Notes under the pieces: generated by a model
What the model saw: the letters and a program-made list of their open reading frames with translations, nothing else
The model's database searches: none
What the model was told of the DNA's origin: nothing
Shown: one piece after another, positions 1-11,107 of the stretch
How the letters are laid out: each line of letters starts with the position of its first letter
Numbering within the stretch: the stretch's first letter is position 1
Source: Perkinsus olseni
Lineage: Eukaryota
Assembly (NCBI GenBank): GCA_013115125.1
Contig: JABANN010000193.1
Coordinates: 1 to 54,827, forward strand
DNA length: 54,827 nt
Direction: 5' to 3'
Translations under genes and position numbers: made by a program

Positions 1-389
1 TCCCCATATGTTCCCTCCTAATCGCGATCGCGCGCGCCTCGCTTTAAACTCGCCCAATAAATTGACCGGTCAACCAACCATCACGGCCGGGGCGAGCGCT
101 GAACTGAGGGAAGTCGCGCGCGCCCAAAATAATACTTGAGGCATAATCCAGTTAATTTCTGGCAATGATGTCCCGGCTAGCCCGTGGGCGTGGATCTTCC
201 AAGCTGACTTGAAAGAGCCGTGGCAACTTCATGTCGAGATCGTCCTAGTCGCGCTAACGATGTAAATCAGGAGGTCAATCCATGATACCTGGGCTCTCGA
301 TTGTGAAAGCGTTGCTGGTTTCCTCCAGAGCTCACAGGGGCCTTGTAATTTAAGATGTGCTCTTCAAGACATACCTTCTAGGAAGCGGT

Positions 390-478
390 AAGCTTACGCT
401 TCTTACTCGATGAACTTACGTCCTTTCCTAAGGGACTTACGGATCGTTCTCAAGGAACTTACGGTCCTTCCATAAGGA
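390..478. repeat. Degenerate ~21-22 bp tandem repeat, 4 units with CTTACG core
   Basis: CTTACG at 393, 415, 436 and 458 (spacing 22/21/22); units resemble (g/a)ACTTACG..TCCTT...AAGG. Confidence 0.55.
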
Positions 479-626
479 GTGGCTTCTCAGTTTTGGGGCC
501 ATGGAACCGGCTGACACATACACGCGAGATGCGGCTCCGGAATAATCTCTGCTTGGAGAATTACTTTAACCATCGCCCCTCAGTTACCGTTCCCCTCTTC
601 AATTTGTGCCCACTCGTCGACTGAAT

Positions 627-2006
627 ATGACGGCCGTTGTTCCAAAGTCTTCCAGAGCCCCTTTACCGCGGCACAGCAAGCGATACTATCAAGTATCGGC
701 CCTAACTTGGACGTTCCTGACCTATGTATGTCTGCATGCTGTTAGAAAGGCTTTCTCTAACGCCACCCCAAACATGAAGGAATACTACGGATACTCTACT
801 ACCTTCTTCGGTATTATGAATACCCTCTTCATGCTCTTCTATGCTATTGGTATGTTCTTTACGGGTCCGCTAGGCGACATCTATCATGCTGTGAGGGTGT
901 ATTTCCTGATGGCTGCGCTCTGTTGTGTGACCCAGTTTGTATTCGGCGGGCTAGTCGATTCAGCAACGCAAGGCGGTTGGTATTACCTTTACTACATCTT
1001 GTGGGCCGTAAACGCTATCTTCCAGTCCGGTTGCTGGCCAGCCTCCGTTGTCATCGTCGGTCAGTACTTCCTTCCCAAGTACTACGGCACGGTGTTCGGT
1101 ATATGGTCCAATAATGCCAACGTTGGTAACATCCTCGGAGCCGCTATGTGCACGCTGATGATCGAGATATTTGGTAACAGAGCGTCAGTACCATGGCAGT
1201 TCTTCGGCCCGGCAGTAGTCCTTCTCGTGGTGTCTGCCTTGATGCTGTACTTCCTCCCTCGGGACCCGCAATCAGTCGGGCTCGTTATACATCCTGAGGA
1301 CGCTTTAGAGGAGCCTCTGAACCCCAACAGGGGAGAACCAAGCCAAAGCAGGCTAGACGTCGTTGAAGACGAGGGCTTGAACTTCCTCGCCGCTTGGAAG
1401 GCTCCAGGGGTCCTGATGTACTCCTTCTGCTACGCTTGCATCGCAGGCGTCAATTATGCTATGTTCTTCTGGTTGCCACTCTATCTCACTGAGCACGTCG
1501 GGAGGACGTCCGCCGAGGCCAATGGTTATGATATGCTTTTTAATCTGGGTGTTATTTTTGGTACTCTTGTATTGGGAGTTATTTCGGATTATTGCACAGC
1601 CAAGTGCGGTGACTCCTGTCGTGCTCCTCCGATGTTCGCATTTCTCGTCTTGGCCATCATACCGATTGCCATGCTTCGCGCAACCCATCCGTCGTCTCTT
1701 TACCTCACCCTGACGGTTTTTGCCTGCGGTTTTTTAGTAGGATCTGTGGGAAATGTTCTATCGAGCGTCGTTTGTGCTGACCTAGGCCAAAAGATGCCTA
1801 AAAAAGCGGTGGCGCAGGTGTCGGGTATCATTGATGGTATGGGGGCGGTTGGTGCTGCCCTCATGCAACTACTGGTGACGGTCATCGCGCAGTACTCCAG
1901 TTGGGGATATGTTTTTGTTGTATTACCAATCGCTTTAGCACTCAGTGCTATCATCCTGGTTAGGGTGACCGTTGAGGAGACAAGAGAGCTGGTAAAACGC
2001 TCGTGA
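627..2006 (+). CDS. MFS sugar-phosphate/glycerol-3-phosphate transporter (SLC37/GlpT-like), copy 1, intronless
   Basis: Uninterrupted ORF (first ATG 627), about 12 hydrophobic segments; HAVRKAFS, FQSGCWP, WSN.NVGN, YAMFFWLP and VSGIIDGMG motifs typical of the OPA/SLC37 family. Confidence 0.9.
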   Translation: MTAVVPKSSRAPLPRHSKRYYQVSALTWTFLTYVCLHAVRKAFSNATPNMKEYYGYSTTFFGIMNTLFMLFYAIGMFFTGPLGDIYHAVRVYFLMAALCCVTQFVFGGLVDSATQGGWYYLYYILWAVNAIFQSGCWPASVVIVGQYFLPKYYGTVFGIWSNNANVGNILGAAMCTLMIEIFGNRASVPWQFFGPAVVLLVVSALMLYFLPRDPQSVGLVIHPEDALEEPLNPNRGEPSQSRLDVVEDEGLNFLAAWKAPGVLMYSFCYACIAGVNYAMFFWLPLYLTEHVGRTSAEANGYDMLFNLGVIFGTLVLGVISDYCTAKCGDSCRAPPMFAFLVLAIIPIAMLRATHPSSLYLTLTVFACGFLVGSVGNVLSSVVCADLGQKMPKKAVAQVSGIIDGMGAVGAALMQLLVTVIAQYSSWGYVFVVLPIALALSAIILVRVTVEETRELVKRS

Positions 2007-2478
2007 TTTCAATCGGTTTTCCTTTCACTGACCTCAGCATCTCTCTGATTACCTACTATAATTCAAATTTAATAGTATATTGTAAGTTGGGAAATATGTT
2101 TCATGCCCGAGCGTGGGATAGAGTTGCAACGGGAGCGGGTATTTAGTCGTACAACGGAACCAGCCAGTTAGTTACGGTTATCAGCTCGTGGTGGCATTCG
2201 GCCTTCGATTTCGTGGAATGATTGGCGGCCGGTGAGGATAGGGTCGATGACACGATTTTGAAAGGATGGCTAGCGTCACAAGGACGGCAGAAATGGCGCA
2301 ACACGTCGATGGGCTCGGTAGGAATAGCAGAACCTGCATGATGTGAACTTGCGGGTGTCATCTACTCGTCGTGAAGTTGTTTAGGTATCTGATGGTTCAG
2401 GGAGAATCCTCAAATAGGGAAGTTGTGGTCTGACGCAGACTGCTTCACGCAGTGGTGATTTCAGTGTTATTTTAGCAC

Positions 2479-3861
2479 ATGGCCCAGCAGGAATCGAAGG
2501 CGGTGCGAAACGCGGCGGCACCGCGGCATAGCAAGAGGTACTATCAAGTGTCGGCCTTCCTTTGGACGTTCCTGACCTATGTATGTCTGCATGCTGTGAG
2601 GAAGGCTTTCTCTAACGCCACCCCAAACATGAAGGAATACTACGGATACTCAACTACCTTCTTTGGTATCATGAATACCCTTTTCATGCTCTTCTATGCT
2701 ATTGGTATGTTCTTTACGGGCCCGCTAGGCGACATCTATCATCCAGTCAGGGTGTTCTTCGTCATGACTGCGCTCTGTAGTGTCACGCAGTTTGTATTTG
2801 GCGGAATGGTTACTTCTGTTACACAAGGTGGGTGGTATTACTTCTACTATCCCCTCTGGGTTGTCAACGCTATCTTCCAGTCCGGTTGCTGGCCTGCTGG
2901 GATCCTCATCGTCGGTCAGTACTTCCTTCCCAAGTACTACGGCACGGTGTTCGGTATATGGTCCAATGACTCAAACGTCGGTAACATCCTCGGAGCTGCT
3001 ATGTGTACCTTGATGATTGAAATATTTGGTAACAGAGCATCAGTACCGTGGCAGTTCTTCGGCCCGGCAGTAGTACTTCTAGTGGTGTCTGCCTTGATGC
3101 TGTACTTCCTCCCTCGGGACCCGCAATCAGTCGGGCTCGTCATACATCCCGAGGATGCTCTAGAGGAGCCTCTGAACCCCGAAAGCGGCGAATCGGAGAC
3201 TGCCGCCAGCGAGACCGCCGATAGTGAACGATTGGACTTCTTTGCGGCTTGGCGGGCTCCCGGGGTGCTCAGGTACTCTTTCTCATACGCTTGCATAAAG
3301 GGCGTCAATTACGCCATGTTCTTCTGGTTGCCACTTTATCTCACTGAGCACGTCGGCAGGACTTCAGCCGAGGCCAACGGTTATGATATGCTTTTTAATC
3401 TGGGCGTTATTTTTGGTACTCTTGTATTGGGAGTTATTTCGGATTATTGCACGGCCAAGTGCGGTGACTCTTGTCGTGCCCCTCCGATGTTCGCCTTCCT
3501 CGTCTTGGCCATCATACCAATTGCCATGCTTCGCGTCAACCATCCCTCTGTCTTGTACTTGTCTGTGACGGTATTCGCTTGTGGATTCCTAGTTGGATCC
3601 GTGTCGAATGTCCTCTCCAGCGCCGTATGCGCCGACCTCGGCCATAAGATGCCCAAGAAGGCGGTGGGTCAGGTATCAGGAATCATCGATGGTATGGGGG
3701 CAGCAGGAGCGGCTCTGATGCAGCTGCTAGTGACAGCGTTGGCACAGCTCTGTGGTTGGGGTGCGGTGTTCGTCCTCCTGCCGGTAGCACTCGGTATCAG
3801 TGCTGTCATGCTAGCTGGAATGGCCTACACGGAAACTAAAGAGCTTGCGCGTAATATATGA
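2479..3861 (+). CDS. MFS sugar-phosphate/glycerol-3-phosphate transporter (SLC37/GlpT-like), copy 2, intronless
   Basis: 460-aa ORF, tandem paralogue of 627-2006 with long near-identical stretches and the same motifs. Confidence 0.9.
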   Translation: MAQQESKAVRNAAAPRHSKRYYQVSAFLWTFLTYVCLHAVRKAFSNATPNMKEYYGYSTTFFGIMNTLFMLFYAIGMFFTGPLGDIYHPVRVFFVMTALCSVTQFVFGGMVTSVTQGGWYYFYYPLWVVNAIFQSGCWPAGILIVGQYFLPKYYGTVFGIWSNDSNVGNILGAAMCTLMIEIFGNRASVPWQFFGPAVVLLVVSALMLYFLPRDPQSVGLVIHPEDALEEPLNPESGESETAASETADSERLDFFAAWRAPGVLRYSFSYACIKGVNYAMFFWLPLYLTEHVGRTSAEANGYDMLFNLGVIFGTLVLGVISDYCTAKCGDSCRAPPMFAFLVLAIIPIAMLRVNHPSVLYLSVTVFACGFLVGSVSNVLSSAVCADLGHKMPKKAVGQVSGIIDGMGAAGAALMQLLVTALAQLCGWGAVFVLLPVALGISAVMLAGMAYTETKELARNI

Positions 3862-5747
3862 CGATCTTCGTTCGGCGTAGCGTGAGTCGCCGTGGGCGCT
3901 GTCCTATTGGTCACTGAGCAGAGAGACTGAACTACCATTGCCAAGGTCTGGTTTGAGCGCATCGTAATGTTTTGATTTCCAATTTGAGGCGTATAGTCGG
4001 GTGACAGTAGCTAACTTGACTTACGTCCGTGGCATATTTTTTCGGTATCTCGGATTTGGGTCGCGTTGATGGATGAGGATGGGGCGGAAGTGGAGGGTCA
4101 GCCACTATCGACGAGCTTACGCAGCGAAGCCACGCTTCAGCTCTGCAACAAAGGCTATTTATGATGCAGTGTCATGCGTTCTCAGCCAACGATATGCCTT
4201 CACTTCGCATTATGTTAGTTTGACTGTCCCCATGTCCTGCAGCACCCCAAATAAGCCTGCGGAGTTCACTTATGTAATAGGGGTGTCGTCATCACAATCT
4301 CTCGATCGTGATCGATGGATTTAGCGTACTGGTGCTGTACGGGTTGTTCACCACGAGGGAAAATGCGCACCTGAGTGTCGGACCGGGTCTTCCGGCTGGG
4401 CGTCGGTAGACGGTCCGTGACTGCGGCAATGTGGGCTGTTATCGCGACTGTTACGGTTCCCGAAGGTGCCTAGCGTTTTAACCGTCGGACGTCTTCGATG
4501 TCTAACCGACGCCGTGCGCTCAATAGTGGACTGCGTTTGCTCTTCCGGTCATTGCGTGGATTTGCGTAATATGAGCTCCTCTCTGTGTTACCGCAACTTT
4601 CTGGAAATGGCCGCTCACCTTCACGCATAGCATCGAAGCGAGTAGGACGGATTTTCACGCTGGGCCGTTGCTCTGGTGACCAGAAAGGACCAGAGTCTGG
4701 TCCTGATTCAGGACCCAGTACGCTTCAGGACTCCTGAAGCGTACTGGGTCATGACCGGCTTCTAGTGTGGTGGGGAGGGGCGAATCCTTGACTTGCCTTA
4801 AGTCGTGGGTATGTAATCCGTCTTGTAAGGGTGTCCGGTCGTGCACCCTGACCAAGCTCCAATTACTTCCTGGAGCCTGCTCTCACTGTACTCGGTCACA
4901 CAGAGAGGACAGGAAAAAGCACTTTCCAGCGTAACTCAACTTGTGGTCCACAAGTTCCACGGCGGACAAACCTGCAGTCAAGCAGGATGCGGAGGGTCTG
5001 CTGAAGGCATTTTCCTCGGTATTGATTCAATGCCATTGAACAAGTCTATCAAGGAGGCGGATTCCGAGGAGCTGCCCGAGGATGAAATTGTCAACAGGAT
5101 AGCGGTCTGTGCTCGGAGAAGGGCCAAAGAGTCCTCGCCAGGACCAGTATTACACTGTCATAGACATGACCGACGCCTACCACGCAGCCAGTATCACGGA
5201 AACTCCGTGACGGAACCTTGTCAGAAAAGTTCTGCAGTGAATGCTTTGACTAGTGCCTTTACCAGTACAGAGTCAGCCCACAAGGGTTCACGTTCTCTGC
5301 CATATTCTTCAACGTACACCTTGGGAACTGCTATCAACCGCTTATTCACGAGTGGTAGAGCAGGCCAAGTATCTCCGGTCTGAAATTATAGACGACATCT
5401 TCATCGGTGGCGCAGACATACCTCAATGACGTAACGTCAATGATGTAACATTGAGAAGTCCGCATTGGGATTACTGCACAGAAGCATTCTGAGGTTTTGC
5501 AGAAGCTAACAAACACTCAGTGAGTAGTGAATGGAGGCCAGAATCTAGCTGCCAGATACGATGAATCACAGAGTTGTTTCCATCAGTCCCTCGGCATTTG
5601 CTTTGATTTGGGTTGGCGAGCAGCACGAATATCCGATCAGTCTGATCAGACTGAACCACAGAGCCTGTGAAACATCCCTCCGGTCTATGAGCATCCAAGC
5701 CCAAGCTCGCGGGCTACGAGGGGTTTGCCCAAACTGTTCTTACGTAG

Positions 5748-7251
5748 GTGCTCATACCTGCAGACAGCAACGAGCCTATCCAAGAGCTGAAGAGCCCTCA
5801 AGTAGAGCTCGAAGATGACACATTTGTGAAGAAGCTGAAAGTGTACTTCGCATCAAAGAGTGACGAGAGCAGTCTCGATAAGTGAGGTTTTTACGACTGA
5901 GCTGAGTTTCTCTGCTCGGTTGCTCGAGCGTCTTCTTAATCTTTCAGGCAGCAGTTCTTAGCTCAGCTTTCGGCCCATGCTAAGCAGGACGTTAGCAAAT
6001 CCGTTAATCCAGAGATGCTCGAGAAGGTACTACTCATTCAACTCCGGGACTTGAGTGAAGGAAGGATAGTTTGCATGCTGCTTCAGCTCATGTCAATGAC
6101 CACCGTGGACATTCTCACATTGGCCCTTCCGGTGCCGAAGACTAGCTATACTGGTGTCAGCATGTACGTCGATGATAAGGGAGTTGCCAAGAACCTCCCC
6201 ATGAATGTGTGAGTATTCACAGCCAGTCCAGTCGGTGAAAGGGACAAACATGACAGAGGCTCTCACCAATGGTTAAATTTTCACGTGCTTCATCTGTCCT
6301 TAGCCGAGCACAAGGCTTGACTTCGGCCTGTGGTCTCGTTGGTAACCAGATTCGAGGAGATGCATTCGTCGGCAGGATGTACGATGACGGAAAGGATGAG
6401 TGGTTCAGGTAATGGACGGGGATAATGGGGATCTACCATTGTCTGAGTACCTCTGCTCGAGGCTAGTCACGGCAACTCCTGTTCAGAACTGACTTCAAGG
6501 AGTCGGATCTCAACTCCGGTCTGGAGTGGATAGCCACAGCGAAATCAATCAACATGAGGCAGGGCGGCGGTACCACTCTGAGTGCACTTACCAGTCAGTA
6601 CGGAATGGGTAAGCTATGCGGTTCATGGCTTCAAGTTGTGTCTATCACTCCCATACATGCTCGTATCAACTTATCAAGACTGTCTCTCAGGCTCGAACTC
6701 GGAGGTGGCAGCACCCACGTCCGTTGCGAATATGCCCAACAGGGAAGAGCCGGTCAAGCGTGATGGCTATACTTACCGGCAGACTAGAGACGAGGTAAGG
6801 GCACTGATTGTCGGTATAATGCCGGTATTCACCGTGCAGGTTGAAATTGATATTCCGCTGGCCAGTGGTGTTTCCAAGAAGGATATCAAGGTGACGATAA
6901 AACCTAAGTTCATATCGGTCCATATTAACAACATGCCTGTGGCTATCGAAGGTAACACGGCTTGCGTGTACCCCGTTCGGTTATAGCAGCTTCCATCGGA
7001 GTCGCTGGCGATGTCGTGAGTTTTGTTCTCATGTTTCGGCCTCGCATGTGGGGTATTCGCGCGTTACTTTGGGGCTCTGACTGGCTTGTGCTGTACTGCG
7101 ATTCCCATCTGTAGGCTCCCTCTGGGGTCACGTTGACACTGACGGCAGCGGTTGGATGATAGATGACGGTACTCTCATCATCACTATGGAGAAGGATAAG
7201 GAGTATCAGTGGTGGGATGATCTTATCGACACTAAGAATGATACTGAGTAA
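5748..7251 (+). CDS. Multi-exon protein with C-terminal NudC-like CS (p23) domain and an N-terminal DUF3846-like region; 5' end unresolved
   Basis: Eight exons joined over GT-AG introns give VLIPADSNEPIQEL...MYVDDKGVAKNLPMNVRA...IRGDAFVGR...YTYRQTRDEVEIDIPL...GSLWGHVDTDGSGWMIDDGTLIITMEK...WWDDLI; stop TAA 7249-7251. First recognised exon starts at acceptor 5748; the start codon is probably upstream. Confidence 0.7.
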
Positions 7252-7410
7252 AGTACCAATAACAGACACTTGAGTTTACCAGCTATTTCCCGTAGCGTTG
7301 CGTTTACAGTATATGCAATGGGTTGCTCCCTTGCAACCGGGCATCGCGAAGGCCCCTTAAATGAGTTGAAAGGGACGATCTTGAGTGATTCAGAGGGTCT
7401 TCGGTACACT

Positions 7411-10024
7411 ATGGCAGGGACGTCACCGGCTAGGGCAGTAAAGGTTCTATTGAGCGGAGATGTGCGAGGCAATCTCGAGCGACTAGTGTCCACTACAGAG
7501 AAGCAGATAGCGAAGGTCTGTACGCGTTCCACTTCGTGCCTGAGTTTACTGACCTCCATAGGTTGGAATGTTCGACCTTGCTTTGTGCGTTGGTGACTTC
7601 TTGCCTGAGGCTGGCGCGGAAGGGCTGAAACCCTTCACAGAAGGATCGCGGAAGATACCGCTACCGGTACTGTTGTTGGTGGTCTACATGCCGGCTTGTC
7701 CGTGCGATGGGCGACATCCCGAGTCCTCCACCGAAGTGTTGATGCTCAATCCCTTGTAGATGCGCTACCTAGCCCCATCATCATCTGCCCCTGAGGTCCC
7801 GCCGGTGGACAACTTGCAGAGCATCCAAGGAGGGGCCATCGTCCAGGTTGTCGGTCTAACCGTCGCGGCGATGAGTGAGGATAGCGACGCAGCCGGCCTC
7901 GAGAAAAAGTAATACTCGGTAAAAGACTGAGCTGCGGTCATCGTTCGGAACCCAGTTTCGCGTCGCTGAGCACCACTGTCGACGTACTTCTTACTAACGA
8001 TTGGCCGGAGGGATATGGCGTCGGTCTGGACGTCTCCTCGGTGCCTCCTGAAGTCACCCATGTTACCACCAGCAAGGAAGTAAGCTTCGAGCCGGTGGTC
8101 TTAGACAAGGAAAAATGGTATCTTGGCAGGTTTCTAGGATCGCTGTGCTGCTGAAGCCGCGTTACATCGTTTGTGGACGTGCTGACCTGTACTACGAACG
8201 CTACGGGGATTGGGTCCCCCCCCCGACGGCTCTCCTGCCTAGGTACTACCTCCGCCAGCCTTTCAAGTGGCCCAACTCCGACATTGTTTGTCGTATGATA
8301 TGTGTGGGGAAAGTTGGCAGTACTGGGAAGGAGAGGAGGTAAGTCCTAGCGTTGTCCCGTCTTTGTCGCTCTAGAAGAATCAGGGTGCCTCCTTCCTGGT
8401 GTATTGTCGAGCTTCGTCACAGGTCTTCTTTAGGTGGCTTCACGCCCTCAACATCTCTCTGGGAAACGAGAACCGCTCTCCCGATAATCTCACGCGTTGT
8501 CCCTTCGCTGATGGACCTGGTGAGTCTTGCGAATCTTCCAGCATTCCTTAATCACTGTACATTGTGCATCTCTCAGATCCACAGAAACACTCCCACAAGC
8601 GGTCACATCCCGAGGGACATCAGCACGACGCCAAGCGCCATGCTCCGGAGACTCCGTCCGCCGAGCTCTTCATACCCAACCTCCCTCGACAGGAGAACAG
8701 GTCCAACGAGGAGGCGATATGGACGAGCCTCACGAAGGTCTTCGAGGGCATGCCTGGATTCCGAAGAGTCAACGTCGACTCCATCAGAGGTGGGAACGGC
8801 TCGGCTTCTACCATAACTGATTGAGTTTTTGCTGTGGTGATGAATTTAGGTTTTGCCTGGGCCCGTTTCTCGACCGTAAAGGACGCCACAGTGGCCCGCG
8901 AGAAGAGTCAGGAGCTGGACATGGGTGGTCGAAGGCTCATTGTACGGTTCAGTCGACCGAAGGAGGGGGCCGACGTCCGAGGGATCGACGTCAAACAACT
9001 GGACAGCTCCCCACACCAAGATTGTTGGTTCTGCCTGGCTAATCCCAATCTGGAACGACATATGATTTTTGCGGCTAACTTGGAAGCTTACTTGTCAACG
9101 GCGAAGGTGAACCTTCGATTCTCGCCTCTTGTTCCTCGAGGCTCTGCCGTTACGGCAGAGCCGTATTTTGCGGTGACGCAAGTGTCATTCTCTTCCTAGG
9201 GCCCTGTCAACGACCTACACATCATCTTGTGCCCGGTGACTCATTTCGCTTGTAGTACCCACTGCTCTGACCAGGTCTTTACCGCAATAAACAAGTAGGC
9301 AGTCGGGGGCATCCCCGATGGTGAAACCTCGTAAGTGCAGGTACATTGATGAAGTAACTTACGTATTGGACTCTCAGTATAACAGCGATGTAGTGGTGTT
9401 TGAGCGATGGGCACAAATGCGCAGCTCGGCGGCGATGCACATGCAGGTGGGTGTATTGAGTAGATCGTTGAATAAGACAGCAAGGGCTCTAGCGAACATG
9501 CTGGGGTGGTAGGTGCACTTAATTGGAGTTCCTCGTGAAGGAGGGAAGGCAGCCGACTCCGAGAGGTGGCTGAAGGAGGTGACCACCATGGCTGATGATC
9601 ATGAACTGAAGCTACACAAGATGGGGAGATATTCCAGGGACGAAATCGCGGGTAGCCAAGACTCACCGCCTGGCCCTTGCGGAGCTTCTGTTCTCAGGTA
9701 TTGCCAAGACCACTTCAGAGTATGGCACGCCGCCGTACATCTACATGCAGCTACCGGGGTCGAACAAGATTCGACTGCTCCTCACGCCCACCAGGACGTC
9801 TAGTGTACCGATGAATTTCGGCCGAGAAGTTGTGGTAGGCTCAGTTGCGCTCTGACGCCTTCATCATTTACAATGGTGATTCAACCGGGATTCTGTCTTA
9901 GGTAAAGTGTATGGGCCTGCCGACTGACCGGCTCGAGTGGCGAAGCTGCCAGCAGAGCACCGAAGAAGAGACGGAGCTCGCGAAGAAACTGAAAGCCTCG
10001 TTTGAAGCCGCTAAAAAGCATTGA
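7411..10024 (+). CDS. CWF19L1: CWF19-like protein 1 (Drn1-like; pseudo-metallophosphoesterase + RRM + CwfJ C-terminal domain), multi-exon
   Basis: N-terminal VLLSGDVRG...FDLALCVGDF; CwfJ signature DCWFCLANPNLERHMI...AKGP...H; HMHMQ; NFGREV...EWRSC; stop TGA 10022-10024. Confidence 0.85.
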
Positions 10025-10106
10025 TTGTTGAGACGATGTTTCACTAGTGCCCGTTGTGCTGATTTAGTCAATTCAGCGGAAAACCGCAGTTGGTGCTTGG
10101 AGGTTC

Positions 10107-10783
10107 ATGACCTCCACGGCGTCGGTTCGACTGAATGTTGGGGGCACCTTCTTCGAGGTCGCGGAGTCCACTTTGATGCGTCAGGAGGGGACTATGTTGG
10201 CCGTCATGGCTCGGGATGTTTGGAGGCCTCAACACGGAAACGCTATCTTCATCGATCGAGATCCCGATGTGTTCCGTCTCATATTGCGATGGCTCCGAGA
10301 TCCTAGCGATTCCATACTCGTACCGCGATCGATACCACTGGCTGACGTCGAGAGAGACGCCCGGTGGGAAACACACACACAGCCTTAGGTGTTCGGCCAG
10401 CCCCTGTGCTCAGGTTCTACGGCCTGCCTGACACCGTTAGTATTACTCGTGAGCGAGCGGGCCCCTCCCTCGTTGAAGTCGACGGAGTGATAACGAAGAT
10501 CCGTCAATGGTCCCATGGGCTTCGCGTTACGCCCATGCTCGTCGATAAGGCGAAAGAGATGCTCGAGTTCTGTCTCTTGGATATGTGCGCTCGAGAGTCG
10601 AACGTCGGCAGCACTCGCGCTCTGCTGTGTGTCGATCGTGACAGCGAGTACTTAGACAAGTACAGCGTCCAGTCGACTGCTGAACATATTTGTCATACGT
10701 GCGGCCTCCCGGGCGCTACTGTGCTGTATACTTTGGTACAGGGATCACCATATGGTTACTTCGTCCTGGAAGTGCCACGGTGA
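10107..10783 (+). CDS. KCTD-type BTB/POZ domain protein (2 exons)
   Basis: VRLNVGGTFF...IFIDRDPDVFRLILRWLRD...ERDAR|FYGL after removing a short GT-AG intron at about 10364-10412. Confidence 0.85.
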
Positions 10784-11107
10784 CTATTAGTCGGCCAATT
10801 CTTGTGCTATTGCCGAGATTTCGGTTCAGCATGAAGATGTTGGGTTAGCGCAGTTATCAACCACAAATGGTTAAGAGGCGTGACGATCTCTAACTCCTGC
10901 GGCGGATCGTTACTGGACACGAGATAAGAAACCGATGAGGTACGGGTCTTGCTGCTGATCGGTCAATTCACGATGGAGGATAGCCTGTCATTGACCGGTT
11001 TGACGTCCTGTGACGGCCCATTTCAAGAGTCGTTCATCATGACCCTCATACCGAGGGTTTACCAGCACTTCCTTTGACGCAACTCTATACACGTTGAAGA
11101 GAAACAA

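Noticed and set aside
390-478. Spliced-leader relic array or CRISPR-like repeats
   Set aside because: Unit length is similar to a 21-22 nt SL, but the sequence does not match CCGTAGCCAT..GGCTCAAG on either strand; no spacers or cas genes
606-626. GTG/TTG starts in the ORF track (e.g. 606, 29302, 26609)
   Set aside because: Eukaryotic context; in-frame ATGs at 627, 29299 and 26591 were used instead
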